From Bugula neritina (taxonomy: Eukaryota > Animalia > Bryozoa): a stretch of 64,000 nucleotides of DNA. The stretch covers positions 32,194,628-32,258,627 of the forward strand of contig OZ037767.1 in NCBI GenBank assembly GCA_964035545.1, written 5' to 3'. How positions within the stretch are numbered: the first letter of the stretch is position 1; each line of letters begins with the position of its first letter. A program made the translations under genes and the position numbers. Below are positions 42,679 to 56,091 of the stretch, piece by piece. Below the pieces are notes generated by a model, which saw nothing but the letters and a program-made list of their open reading frames with translations, ran no database searches and had not been told where the DNA came from.

Positions 42679-43289
42679 TATATATATATATAATTATGTG
42701 TGTGTATGTATATAAAGGGATAAAGGACTTTTACGTAGACACTTTGACTCTAAATGTGAAGAGACACTACGCTACCTTCACTGTGACTAACGCAACTAGT
42801 AAGTGTTGAATACAACCGTTTATGTGTTGATTACAACTGTTGATATACATGTGTGTTGAATACAACTGTTGACATGTAGATGTGTTGAATACGACTGTTG
42901 ATATGTTGAGTACATCTGTTGATATGTAGATATGTTGAGTACATCTGTTGATATGTAGATGTGTTGAGTACATCTGTTGATATGTAGATGTGTTGAGTAC
43001 ATCTGTTGATATGTAGAGTACAATATTATATCTTTATAAATCTGTTCCCTAACTTTGTATGTTAGAGTCAGAAATATAATTCATAACTTTATAGTCTTTA
43101 GTTAAGCTGAATATTTTTCAATCATAAGGAATACTTGTCAGAAATATATCAAATGACACAAGAGTAACTTTTTATCTTTACTCTATATCTATATTGCAAA
43201 GGCAGGTCTCCAGTGACTAGCTAGCTGATAGTATAGTTGAATAAATCAGTTATATTGTAACTATTGCATCTATCTGTCTATAGAGATAT

Positions 43290-43650
43290 TCTGCTATATC
43301 TATAGATACTCTGCTATATCTATAGATACTCTGCTATATCTATAGATACTCTGCTATATCTATAGATACTCTGCTATATCTATAGATACTCTGCTATATC
43401 TATAGATAGTCTGCTATATCTATAGATACTCTGCTATGTCTATAGATAGTCTGCTATATCTAGAGATAGTCTGCTATACCTATAGATACTCTGCTATATC
43501 TATAGATACTCTGCTATATCTATAGATACTCTGCTATATCTATAGATACTCTGCTATATCTATAGATACTCTGCTATATCTATAGATACTCTGCTATATC
43601 TATAGATACTCTGCTATATCTATAGATACTCTGCTATATCTATAGACAGT
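43290..43650. repeat. 20-nt minisatellite
   Basis: CTGCTATATCTATAGATACT tandem copies. Confidence 0.95.
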
Positions 43651-43681
43651 CTGCTCAACTTGAGTATTTCTATTATTTAAG

Positions 43682-45077
43682 GATTGTCCCACCCGCAAGG
43701 TGGTGCTAGTCGAAACTCTTTGTCATCTCTCTCCATCTCATCTCTGAATTCTGGTGGTTCACCCACACCGGCTGCTGCTGTCAAACCTCTGCCTATTCTG
43801 AGGCTGGACAACCCCCACACTACCAACAGCTATGACAGCTTTCACCAGGCAGAAATATCCCCCTTGAGGTAAGACAGAGTTATCCCCCTTGAGGTGAGGC
43901 AGAGTTATCCCCCTTGAGGTAAAAAGTAGCCTGTAGAACTGTACCCTCAGCCTTTTTAAGCTGGGCAGTGGGTTGTCTGGAAATTAAGCTCACATTCTGA
44001 TTGCTTAGCTGTAAATAAAATCTCTTGAAAGCAAAGATTTACATTTCTATTGTCAATATCAGTTGTGATAGAGGTTTGTTAGCTTTGAGAAACAGCATTT
44101 CATTATCAAATATAGCTGAAAAGAATTGAATAGTGTTACAACTGCTAAGGGTTAGCCTAGGGCCACACTGTGCGTATTTTCGCATGCAAACATTTAAACC
44201 ACAAGTAGCAAAGGTGTTCACTGTATGCGTTGAGAAAACCTTCGCACTTGTCGCTCTACATTTTCAACGCAAGTGCGAATCGTCTCTGTCTTCGTCACCT
44301 AATTGGCTGGTAGCTATTCAGCGAGCCCAATTTCTTTATTTAGTGCTATATTCCAGTAAATTGCGTTTCATTGAAAGCGAGTGCGATTTAAAAATGAAAG
44401 CTTTATTTATCACGCATCACTGACGCTACAGTGGACACCTTTGCTACCCGCGATTTTAATTTCCGCATGCGAAAATACGCACAGTGTGGCCCTAGGCTTA
44501 CAGTTACGAGCTCATTTGAGGACACAACTCTGAACTACCATGTTGTTTAACTAATGCATTGCAGTAGGTTATGAAATTCACATCATATTTTGAAGTATTA
44601 CAGAATGCGGCGTTGAATATTGATTATTAATTATTGATGAAGGAGTATTGATTGATTTACAGTGAGTATGAGCGTGATATAGAAGAGCAGAATGGGAGTA
44701 ATATGCAAGGGGGAGGAGATAACTACGAAACTACCAAACTAATCTCACATCATGTGTCTGCTGCACCTGATATTGCTGTAAATACACAAGTAGAACTACC
44801 ACTGTCACACCAACCTGCTGTAGGTGTCAAAACCCCTTCAACTAGTGTAACAGTTCAGGCAGCACACCATGCAACAACACTGCCCAGAAGTAAGAGGTCA
44901 AAGTTCACAGCCTTTGCTTACGAGATAGACAACTCCTCGGATCTGTTTGGTATAGAAATATCTCAGGGTATTCAGGCTATCCACGATGAGATGACAAGGG
45001 AGCAAGTGAAGCGTGACATCCGTGACATCATATTTAAAGCAAGATTTCCTGGTGATTCGAACATAAAGCCACCGTAA
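43682..45077 (+). CDS. Partial gene with a C-terminal BESS-like motif (5' exons unresolved)
   Basis: Exons 43682-43868 and 44663-45077 join in frame (phase 2). C-terminus DLFGIEISQGIQAIHDEMTREQVKRDIRDIIFKARF resembles the BESS motif of MADF/BESS proteins. Confidence 0.55.
44155..44497. mobile_element. 343-bp MITE, PIF/Harbinger-like
   Basis: Perfect 33-bp terminal inverted repeats GCCTAGGGCCACACTGTGCGTATTTTCGCATGC; TTA target-site duplication at 44152-44154 and 44498-44500; no coding capacity. Confidence 0.9.
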
Positions 45078-45885
45078 ATGTTTCTATATGATTATGACTT
45101 TCAGCTGTTTTCATTCTACCAGAAGTTTGACAACCTCACACCAGATGCCTTCTTTAGTTCAAATACTAAGACAGGGGATATGTCTGTTTTACAAACATAT
45201 AGTATATATTTAATGTTTATATATTATTCAATACCAAATCTATATGCAGACTCCCCTGCACTCAACCACAGGCATATTCTACAACTTGTCAACTGGCCAA
45301 AGTTTATCATATATATTCATTGACTGAAATGTATGTAGTGTATATTATACGTATACTTTGCAAATCTATCATATTTATTATATTCTAATCATCTATCTCC
45401 CCGGTTGTGTGTATGCTATACAGACACTATTTTCTCATACTTGGACACCTTGTAGAGTTATCCCTTCTCTATAAATTGCCTATATAATACATATTATAGC
45501 TTACATATTATAGCTTACATATTATAGCTTACATATTATATAATACATATTATAGCTTACATATTATAGCTTACATATTATATAATACATATTATAGCTA
45601 ACACAGCTAGTTTAGCAGCTTCTGTTTCATCACAATGACACATAAACAATAGAAATTAGTCTGGAAAGTTTGCCCTTTTTAATCAGCAGAGCAAACCAAA
45701 AGTTATGGCAACATTTACATAACTTCAAGCTTATTGAATGTCCATCGTGTTTAAATTAAATTAAATTAATTACAATACTAATTGTAACTTGCACACAGAG
45801 TAACCAAAACAGTTAACCTTTAACCCAAATCACAAAAAAAAATTCTTACTGTAAACAATAATTAATATTAAGATATTGGTAGGCA

Positions 45886-46053
45886 TTAGCTATGTCAACT
45901 GTTTTGGCGTCAGCTATGTCAACTGTTTTGGCGTCAGCTATGTCAACTGTTCTGGTGTCAGCTATGTCAACTGTTTTGGCGTCAGCTATGTCAACTGTTC
46001 TGGTGTCAGCTATGTCAACTGTTCTGGTGTCAGCTATGTCAACTGTTCTGGTG
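45886..46053. repeat. 24-nt minisatellite
   Basis: CAGCTATGTCAACTGTTYTGGYGT, about 7 copies. Confidence 0.9.
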
Positions 46054-47472
46054 TAATTCATCTTCATTCCACCTTTTCAATATACTCATGAAATTCATAC
46101 AATATCTACATAGATGCAACCTGCCCTGTGGTTTACTAAGTAGAATATAGGCTATTGAGATAAAAATAGATAAGGCAGTTCAGTGTATTATAGCCCTGCT
46201 ATCATTATTTAAAAGCTATAAGTGTGTTATTAATAAATTACACTAATTAGATATTTTAACAGCTGGGATGTGCTATGATATGCACATCATAACATGAGGG
46301 AGGGAGGGTTATGTCCCCCTTCAAACATTTCTATCATTCCTTTGAAGGGAGCCTCTTTGAATTTTAAAATGTTAAAAACTGATCAGAAGTAAATTAATAA
46401 AACATTATTCTTATATTAAAAAGCCAATTAAATTAATAATGAAGGAGCAATGGAAACCTAGTGTTGTATTACACAGGCCACTGCTGTTTGGTTGCTGAAT
46501 TAGCGGCTGCTTTCATCACTAAAAAGAAAAGGTAACTCCTTTCATATGTGCAGAAATTTCACTTCCAGGTGTCTTGACTACCTGTGATATGCAGCCATCA
46601 CATCACATGACCTGTTTACTGACCTAATAAAGCTATGGCGAGTTTTTCTTTATTCATTCCTTTAGGCAAAAGCTGCACAAAAGCTGCACAACTGAAAGCC
46701 TATTTACTCTTTGTAACATTCCCGCACTAACTGAATAGCTACTAACTGAATAGCTACTTTGTTTTTGTCTGTTCTACGAGGTGCTTGCTCTGAGGCAGCC
46801 GCATTTCCTCTCTGGTGATTTTGTGCTGCAGTTGAGTTTTCTTTTTTTTGCTTGAGTAATGGTTTTTCGGCTTGAAAATTCAAATTCAACTTTACCTGTT
46901 GACTCAAAGGTAAGTAACTGTGAAGTTTACCTGTTAATTTGTAGTTTAGTATATAGTATAGCATAGCATAGCATAGCAGAGCATGCACTTAAAGGTAAGT
47001 CACAGTGAGTTTTACCTGTTAACTTAAAGGTAAGTAGCTGTGAAGTTTAACTGCCAACTTGCTTAATAAATTCCTGAAAACCTCTCACTGATGCATCACT
47101 TGATTTTGTAACCTTCAATGTCAGAGAGCTAGTGGGTTGTATTTGTATCCCCATTGCTTATAGAGCTACTATACATATAACGGTACTCTGAGTAAATATA
47201 TACAGTAAAACTTGTGAAATAGCAATACAACTCTACCTCTCTAACTCCCTTTGCATGAGGTTTCAGTTAAACTGTATTATGATAAGATGTCATCTTTCTA
47301 TTTATATTGTATTACTGAAAAAGTATTAGAAAATGTTGTAATAATAGCAACAGGTTTGGGCTACAGTTTACCATAACAGGCTAACATTTCTGCTGCAACT
47401 GCAGTGTTAATGGAGTTCTGTTTGACATTCCAGCCCCGCCATTTGTCTAAGGAGACGGTGCAGCAGGCAGCT

Positions 47473-48574
47473 ATGGCAAAGCATCGTAGACGACGGAATG
47501 TAAGTAGAGACAACTCCAGGAAACAGAAAGGTAGATGCTGCCAGAGATGCTTGTATGACCTCCGACCTCATGACACAGAGATGGAGTATGAAGGAGGTTT
47601 CCTCCCACCTATCTCACCTGGGAACCTCCCACCTGTCTCACCTGGAAACCTCCCACCTAACTCGCCTGGGAACCTCCACTTGAGTGGCCAATATTTGACT
47701 AAAGAAGATACATTCAGTCATGTGATCAACAGGTAGGTATAGGAAGGGCAGATAAATACCTGTGGCTTATGTTTTTCTTATTATGATTATTATTAGTTAT
47801 AGCTTAATATTACAGAAATATAATAACAGACGAACAGTGTAAGAATAGCTTCTCCCAGTCTAAACTTGTGTGCAAAGCAATTTGTGTGTCAAATTATTAT
47901 CAATAGAATCCTCTGGTTACAGCCTTGCCAGTGCTAACAGAGTTTTGGTGGAGCCCCAGCTGTCCCCTAACTGCTGCAGTACAAACTCAGTCTATCTTCC
48001 GGGAGGGCAAAGTCAGCCGGAACACTCTGATTGGCTGGATGTTAGCACTGAGGCATCAGGTGATAAAGTCAGCAGTCACAGTATAACTATAGTGTCTGAA
48101 GTGCCCCCAGCTGCCAACCACTTGTACGTCCCTCTAGAAGAGATACTCAATTATGGGGAGAAGAGATCAAGAAAGGTAAACATTAAGTGCTCCAAGTACA
48201 GCGAGATCGGCAACCCACAGGCAAGGAGGAGAAAACACTTGAGGAGAGACGTGCCGACTGGCAGGAAGTGGAACAGGAAGTTGTCGTACGCAGACGGCAA
48301 TGCGGAACATGGCCGCGTCTGCAAGGAAAGACTCAACTTTATGGACTCGCAGTCAAATAGCATTTACAATTCATTTGAAAAATGGAAAATAGACCAAAGC
48401 ATCACTCCTCGCGGTAAGGGTGAGAAGACAAATCTAAGAACTGTTTTACCCCAAATACTGGTCCACAGAGGAAGTGTGGAGAAAAGCAATATGGGAGAGT
48501 CACATGATCAGAAAGTTAGCAGTCTCATGGTCAAAACTATAAGGTATTCCATTCTACAATACGGAATTATGTAA
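47473..48574 (+). CDS. Uncharacterised protein, probably two coding exons
   Basis: Non-repetitive ORFs 47404-47736 and 47870-48574; donor at 47732/47733 is frame-compatible with acceptors before 47923 or 47941; no recognisable domain. Confidence 0.45.
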
Positions 48575-50076
48575 CTGTATGTCATTCAGAAACTGGTACA
48601 AGTACACGTGTACTTTGAATAGTTTCCTAAATCTGGGCATTTACAGTGTGGCTTGTGCTGAGAGTGAGGTTTACAATATCTCTATCAAATTGATTAAAAA
48701 AATATTTGATTTAATTTACAGATAAGTTCTATTTTGAAAAATATGTTAGCATTTTTGTTTTGAAAACATGATCAGCATAAAAGGAAACTAGAAGAAACAC
48801 TTATCAATGTTATTTTTTCAGCCGCCAGCAATATTACGTCAGAAACCCAGACGTAGTGGTGTGCGTTGGCCTGCTCAGAGTTTCAATTGTTCTGTATCTA
48901 TACTGTTACTGTGTAGCTGTTTCAATTGTTCTGTATCTATACTGTTACTGTATAGCTGTTGAATGATTAGTGCAGTTGTTTAGAGCAGTGGGGTGAGATT
49001 GAATTACTAAGGTTGCTATTGTACTAGCTGTGTAAATACTTCTATTCTATGCTGGGGACCCCCTGTGGCACCTGCTACTAGACTTTTGTGTAAACACTCC
49101 TCATGGGATATAATTCCATTTCTCATGCACACTGCATCATGTAGCAACAATGAAGAATTTTCGGATGACTTAAAACAGCAGAAGTCTACATAGATGGGCA
49201 GGCAGCTTTGTTGAAATGCATTTTATGTCCTACTATGTTAATAACAGCTTCTTTTAAATATTGCAGAGCAAAGAAAATGGATAAACTGGAATGTAAAATA
49301 CCCACAATCCCATTGTCCCTGCCCGGCATCATTTCCAAGGTCTCTACGGTTTGAAGCCGGAAGTCAAATAGTTTTCTGTAGTTGTTTGTGGCTGGTAGGA
49401 ATGTAGACACACCCTGTGGTAAAAGTAGTGTGCTACGCTACATGTATGTTATAGGTATGCTACAAGTATGTTATAACTATGCTACAAGTATGCTAAAAGT
49501 AGCCCGTAGAATCTGACATTCATAGTTGTTGTTTGACCAGTACACTTGTATATTATAATTTATATTTATAAATAATACAAACTATTACAGCTATTTTTTT
49601 AAAACTTTTATTTATGGAATTAGAAGATAAATTTAATAATCTACAGCGAGTAGGTGGATTGATGTTGAATGGTTGTATTGAATAAAATGCATGCATACAT
49701 TATATAAAGAGTATATGAACCTCACTAATACAATGCAGCTGTACATCTACATAAATATACTCAACAGTTAGAACAGCAGCAGCAGCTAATCGGCAGCTGT
49801 TTCTATGATTCAAAGCAAATCTCATTTGGCAGCACTCAACTTATTTGTTTCAATTTCAAGAAATTCTTGCTGGATGAGATCGTGAAAGCTGAATGTAAAC
49901 AATGGGAATGGCAGCCCCAGACTGCACTATAAAACAGCATATAATATACTAGTACAACTAACAAAGCTTATATAGAAATATCCTAAACCTATTTTGATTG
50001 TATGCTGTACCCTGCAGTTACTTATTGCATGGGCACACAACTCTGGATATATCCACAACTCTTATGTGACACCGTA

Positions 50077-53000
50077 TTATTTGGACTTGGTGGACTTTGA
50101 CTGAGCGTGCTTGATCTCAGAGAGAATAACTCCAAGTAGTATAACAGCGTGGCAGATGTGGAGGGAGGAGCTGCTGATGTTAGTTGAAGGATACGTGTTC
50201 CAGCACATCTCTATAGTTCCTAGCACCAGCAGTCTGTAATATACACCAGCAGTCTGTAATACACACCAGCAGTCTGTAATACACACCAGCAGTCTGTAAT
50301 ATACACCAGCAGTCTGTAATACACACCAGCAGTCTGTAATACACACCAGCAGTCTGTAATATACACCAGCAGTCTGTAATACACACCAGCAGTCTGTAAT
50401 ACACACTAGCAGTCTGTAATATACACCAGCAGTCTGTAATATACACCAGCAGTCTGTAATACACACCAGCAGTCTGTAATACACACCAGCAGTCTGTAAT
50501 ACACACCAGCAGTCTGTAATACACACCAGCAGTCTGTAATATACACCAGCAGTCTGTAATACACACCAGCAGTCTGTAATACACACCAGCAGTCTGTAAT
50601 ATACACCAGCAGTCTGTAATACACACTAGCAGTCTGTAATATACACCAGCAGTCTGTAATACACACCAGCAGTCTGTAATACACCAGCAGTCTGTAATAC
50701 ACACTAACCTGTCACACTAACCTGTATACAAGTGTCACACTAACCTGTACACAAGTGTCACACTAACCTGTATATAACTGGCATGTCGACAAGCCATACA
50801 AGGTAGTGTAGAGTGTGGAAGTACCAGACGTAGAACTGATAATGGAGAGAGCGGCTGAAACACATTCCTATGAAGTTTGAGACAAACAGAGTCCTCACCA
50901 TATCTGTAGAGAAAGTACTGAGGAGTTGTTCTACCTTGTATGATATTATAATACTGAATATCTATAGAGAAAGTACTGAGGAGTTGTTCTACCTTGTATG
51001 ATATTATAATACTGAATATCTGTAGAGAAAGTACTGAGGAGTTGTTCTACCTTGTATGATATAATGCTGAATATCTGTAGAGAAAGTATTGAGGAGTTGT
51101 TCTACCTTGTATGATATAATACTGAATATCTGTAGAGAAAGTACTGAGAAGTTGTTCTACCTTGTATGATATTATAATACTGAATATCTGTAGAGAAAGT
51201 ACTGAGGAGTTGTTCTACCTTGTATGATATAATGCTGAATATCTGTAGAGAAAGTATTGAGGAGTTGTTCTACCTTGTATGATATTATAATACTGAATAT
51301 CTGTAGAAAAATATTGAGGAGTTGTTCTACCTTGTATGATATTATAATACTGAATATCTGTAGAGAAAGTATTGAGGAGTTGTTCTACCTTGTATGATAT
51401 TATAATACTGAATATCTGTAGAGAAAGTATTGAGGAGTTGTTCTACCTTGTATGATATTATAATACTGAATATCTGTAGAGAAAGTTTTGAGGAGTTGTT
51501 CTACCTTGTATGATATTATAATACTGAATATCTGTAGAGAAAGTATTGAGGAGTTGTTCTACCTTGTATGATATTATAATACTGAATATCTGTAGAGAAA
51601 GTATTGAGAAGTTGTTCTACCTTGTATGATATTATAATACTGAATATCTGTAGAGAAAGTATTGAGGAGTTGTTCTACCTTGTATGATATTATAATACTG
51701 AATATCTGTAGAGAAAGTACTGAGAAGTTGTTCTACCTTGTATGATATAATACTGAATATCTGTAGAGAAAGTATTGAGGAGTTGTTCTACCTTGTATGA
51801 TATAATACTGAATATCTGTAGAGAAAGTACTGAGAAGTTGTTCTACCTTGTATGATATAATACTGAATATCTGTAGAGAAAGTACTGAGGAGTTGCTCTA
51901 CCTTGTATGATATAATACTGAATATCTGTAGAGAAAGTACTGAGGAGTTGCTCTACCTTGTATGATATTATAATACTGAATATCTGTAGAGAAAGTATTG
52001 AGGAGTTGCTTTACCTTGTTTGATATAATACTGAATATCTGTAGAGAAAGTATTGAGGAGTTGCTCTACCTTGTATGATATAATAATACTGAATATCTGT
52101 AGAGAAAGTTTTATCACAACACAAACCGTTGGCAGATATTGGCTCCTCCTTCTTTTTGGATGTTTTGAACAAGTGAGAGAAGTTGAAGAGTTTGCTCCAT
52201 GATATGAAGTAGAACAAGACGAGGGTGGATATGTGTCCAATCAGAAGGCAGATGTGGAAGTAGCGCGAGCTGAATATATCCTCCTAGACAAAAGATTACA
52301 TGAACCAATACGATAAAGGACAAAACTCCAGGCTATACGTACAGAGAGAGACCTAAGGCTATACGTACAGAGAGAGACCTAAGGCTATACGTACAGAGAG
52401 AGACCTAAGGCTATACATACAGAGAGAAACCTAAGGCTATACGTACAGAGAGAGACCTAAGGCTATACGTACAGAGAGAGACCTAAGGCTATACGTACAG
52501 AGAGAGACCTAAGGCTATACATACAGAGAGAAACCTAAGGCTATACGTACAGAGAGAGACCTAAGGCTATACGTACAGAGAGAGACCTAAGGCTATACGT
52601 ACAGAGAGAGACCTAAGGCTATACATACAGAGAGAAACCTAAGGCTATACATACAGAGAGAGACCTAAGGCTATACGTACAGAGAGAGACCTAAGGCTAT
52701 ACATACAGAGAGAGACCTAAGGCTATACGTACAGAGAGAGACCTGAGGCTATACGTACAGAGAGAAACCTCCAATTTACGGTCCATTTGAAGAGGAATTG
52801 TCTGCCCAGATTAAATGCTCCAAGCATATAGGAGACGGGATTCTCTAGGAGAAAAGGAGCGCCCAATGAGATCTGTAAACACAAATACCTGTATGATAGA
52901 AATATATTACCTGTATGACAGAAATATATTACCTGTATGACAGAAATATATTACCTGTATGATAGAAATATATTACCTGTATGACAGAGATATATTACCT

Positions 53001-56000
53001 GTATGACAGAAATGTATTACCTGTATGACAGAAATATATTACCTGTATGATAGAAATATATTACCTGTATGACAGATATATATTACCTGTATGACAGAAA
53101 TATATTACCTGTATGACAGATATATATTACCTGTATGATAGAAATATATTACCTGTATGACAGATATATTTATATTACCTGTATGACAGAAATATATTAC
53201 CTGTATGACAGAGATATATTACCTGTATGACAGAAATATATTACCTGTATGACAGAGATATATTACCTGTATGACAGATATATTACCTGTATGACAGATA
53301 TATATTACCTGTATGACAGAGATATATTACCTGCATGACAGATATATATTACCTGTATGACAGATATATATTACCTGTATGACAGATATATATTACCTGT
53401 ATGACAGAAATATATTACCTGTATGATAGAAATATATTACCTGTATGACAGAGATATATTACCTGTATGACAGATATATATTACCTGTATGACAGAAATA
53501 TATTACCTGTATGACAGAAATATATTACCTGTATGACAGATATATATTACCTGTATGACAGAAATATATTACCTGTATGACAGAGATATATTACCTGTAT
53601 GATAGAAATATATTACCTGTATGATAGAAATATATTACCTGTATGACAGAGATATATTACCTGTATGACAGAGATATATTACCTGTATGACAGATATATA
53701 TTACCTGTATGACAGCGCAGACTGACAGCAGCGCCAGGGTTTTATATAGCCTGTGTCTCTGCAGAAGAAGTATGAGAAGTCCAGGTGCAAACAGAAGGAT
53801 GTTCATCTTGACTGAAACTCCAAGGCTACACATAGCACAAACACTATATAATATCAGTATGTGCTATAGCACAAACACTATATAATATCAGTATGTGCTA
53901 TAGCACAAACACTATATAATATCAGTAAATGCTATAGAATACACAGCATATAGTATCAGACTATCAGTATGTGCTATAGCACAAACACTATATAATATCA
54001 GTATATGCTATAGCACACGACTACAAACCTATAGAATACACATCCAAGCAGCCACTGATCGTACAACAAAAAGTTAATTGCAGCGTAGAGTAGAATCATA
54101 GCCACAGGATCATTGAATAGCCTGAGCACATAAATACTGTGTATGCGGTAAGAGACGCAGCACATAAACACCAACGCCCAAGGGGGGAGCTGCAAGTAGA
54201 GAAACACGACTATGCATACTGGAAGTGAGGGGAAGTGTTGACAAAGAGTTAGCCTATCAGATAAGTTGTTACAGATTACCATTGAGTTAGCCTATCAAAT
54301 AAGTTGTTAGAGATTACCTTTGAGTTAGCCTATCAGATAAGTTGTTAGAGATTACCTTTGAGTTAGCCTATCAAATGAGTTGTTACAGATTACCTTTGAA
54401 ACTTTCCTGTATATATTGAAGACTAGAAGTAGAGTGAGAGTGTAGAATAGAATGTAGATGTACTGTGCGAGGCGTATATTCCTACCCATACTGGTTATAT
54501 AGTAGAGGCCCATGAATATGTACACAAAGCCAGCAGGGTATCTACAACAGAGCACAGGCTGTTATAAAACACAGGCTAATGGTAGTTTGTGTAGAGCACA
54601 GACTAGTATAGAACACAGACTAGTGGTAGTTTGTGTAGAGCACAGGCTAGTGGTAGTTTGTGTAGAGCACAGGCTATTATAAAACACAGGCTAGAAGTAG
54701 CTGTGTAGAGCACAGGCTAGAAGTAGCTGTGTAGAGCACAGGCTAGAAGTAGCTGTGTAGAGCACAGGCTAGAAGTAGTTGGTGTAGAGCACAGACTAGA
54801 GGTAGTTTGTGTAGAGCACAGGCTAGAAGTAGTTGGTGTGTAGCCACTACTTCAGCATTGGTTCAACTCGAGATCAACTAATTTATGAAGGAAGCTGAGA
54901 AGGAATTACACATTGAAGTACAAAAAATAGCATTTACAAGATATTTATAACATGCAGATTGTTTAACAGCGACTCATTGACTTCCTTTACTGTCTTACTC
55001 ACACGAGAGGTCCTGTGTCACCCTTCAGTAGCTGATAGTCGTATGTTCCATTGATTACCCCTTCTACTTCCTGCATGTAGGCCACCCAGTCTATCTCTGT
55101 ATCTACATGGTATACACAGTATATACAGTATAGTAACACAGTATATACAGTATAGTAACACAGTATATATAGTATAGTATACACAGCATATACAGTATAA
55201 TTATACAGTATATACAGTATAGTATACACAGTATATACAGTATAGTAACACAGTATATACAGTATAGTAACACAGTATATATAGTATAGTATACACAGTA
55301 CATATAGTATAGTATACAGTATATACAGTATAGTATACACAGTATATACAGTATAATTATACAGTATATACAGTATAGTATACACAGTATATACAGTATA
55401 GTAACACAGTATATACAGTATAGTAACACAGTATATACAGTATAGTATACACAGTATATACAGTATAATTATACAGTATACACAGTATAGTATACACAGT
55501 ATATACAGTATAGTAACACAGTATATACAGTATAGTAACACAGTATATACAGTATAGTAACACAGTATATACAGTATAATTATACAGTATATACAGTATA
55601 GTATACACAGTATATACAGTATAGTTATACAGTATATACAGTATAGTATACACAGTATATATAGTATAGTATACACAGTATATACAGTATAGTTATACAG
55701 TATATAATGTTTAGTATACACAGTATATACAGTATAGTTATACAGTATATACAGTATAGTATACACAGTATATAATGTATAGTATACACAGTATATACAG
55801 TATAGTATACACAGTATACACAGTATATACAGTATATAATGTTTAGTATACACAGTATATATAGTATGGTTTAATGGACTCACAGCTCACAAGGTGCACA
55901 ATCATGACATTCAAAATAATTTCACAAATGAGTAAAGCTGCCATCATTGGAACGGAATAATCGGGATTAAATATGGCTGCCTTTCCAAACGTCACCAGAC

Positions 56001-56091
56001 TGTCCCAGTAGCTGACTAAGTTGCCCGTTTCTTTGTCCACTTTCAGAGCTCTACTTTGCTCCTTTGGCTTTCCCTTCTTCAGAGGTGCCAT
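50077..56091 (-). CDS. ALG3: Dol-P-Man:Man5GlcNAc2-PP-Dol alpha-1,3-mannosyltransferase
   Basis: Exons 56091-55884, 55102-55003 ([20 protein letters not shown]), 54541-54394 (YPAGFVY), 54189-54029 ([14 protein letters not shown]), 53825-53705 ([12 protein letters not shown]), 52872-52759 ([19 protein letters not shown]), 52283-52127, 50903-50768 ([22 protein letters not shown]), 50233-50077 (WNTYPST). Confidence 0.96.
50224..50702. repeat. 20-nt acceptor-junction minisatellite (ALG3 intron 8)
   Basis: Minus-strand GTGTATTACAG|ACTGCTGGT, about 24 copies. Confidence 0.97.
50900..52110. repeat. 54/57-nt acceptor-junction minisatellite (ALG3 intron 7)
   Basis: Unit contains minus-strand ACTTTCTCTACAG|ATAT, about 21 copies. 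Confidence 0.97.
52331..52770. repeat. 26-nt donor-junction minisatellite (ALG3 intron 6)
   Basis: Minus-strand AGGTYTCTCTCT|GTAYGTATAGCCTT, about 17 copies. Confidence 0.97.
52887..53714. repeat. 22-nt donor-junction minisatellite (ALG3 intron 5)
   Basis: Minus-strand CTGTCATACAG|GTAATATAT.., about 37 copies. Confidence 0.97.
55111..55866. repeat. CAGTATA-based compound minisatellite (ALG3 intron 1)
   Basis: Tandem variants of ACACAGTATATACAGTATAGTA. Confidence 0.93.

Noticed and set aside
49186-49410. 74-residue minus-strand ORF downstream of ALG3
   Set aside because: Short, non-ATG start, no recognisable homology.
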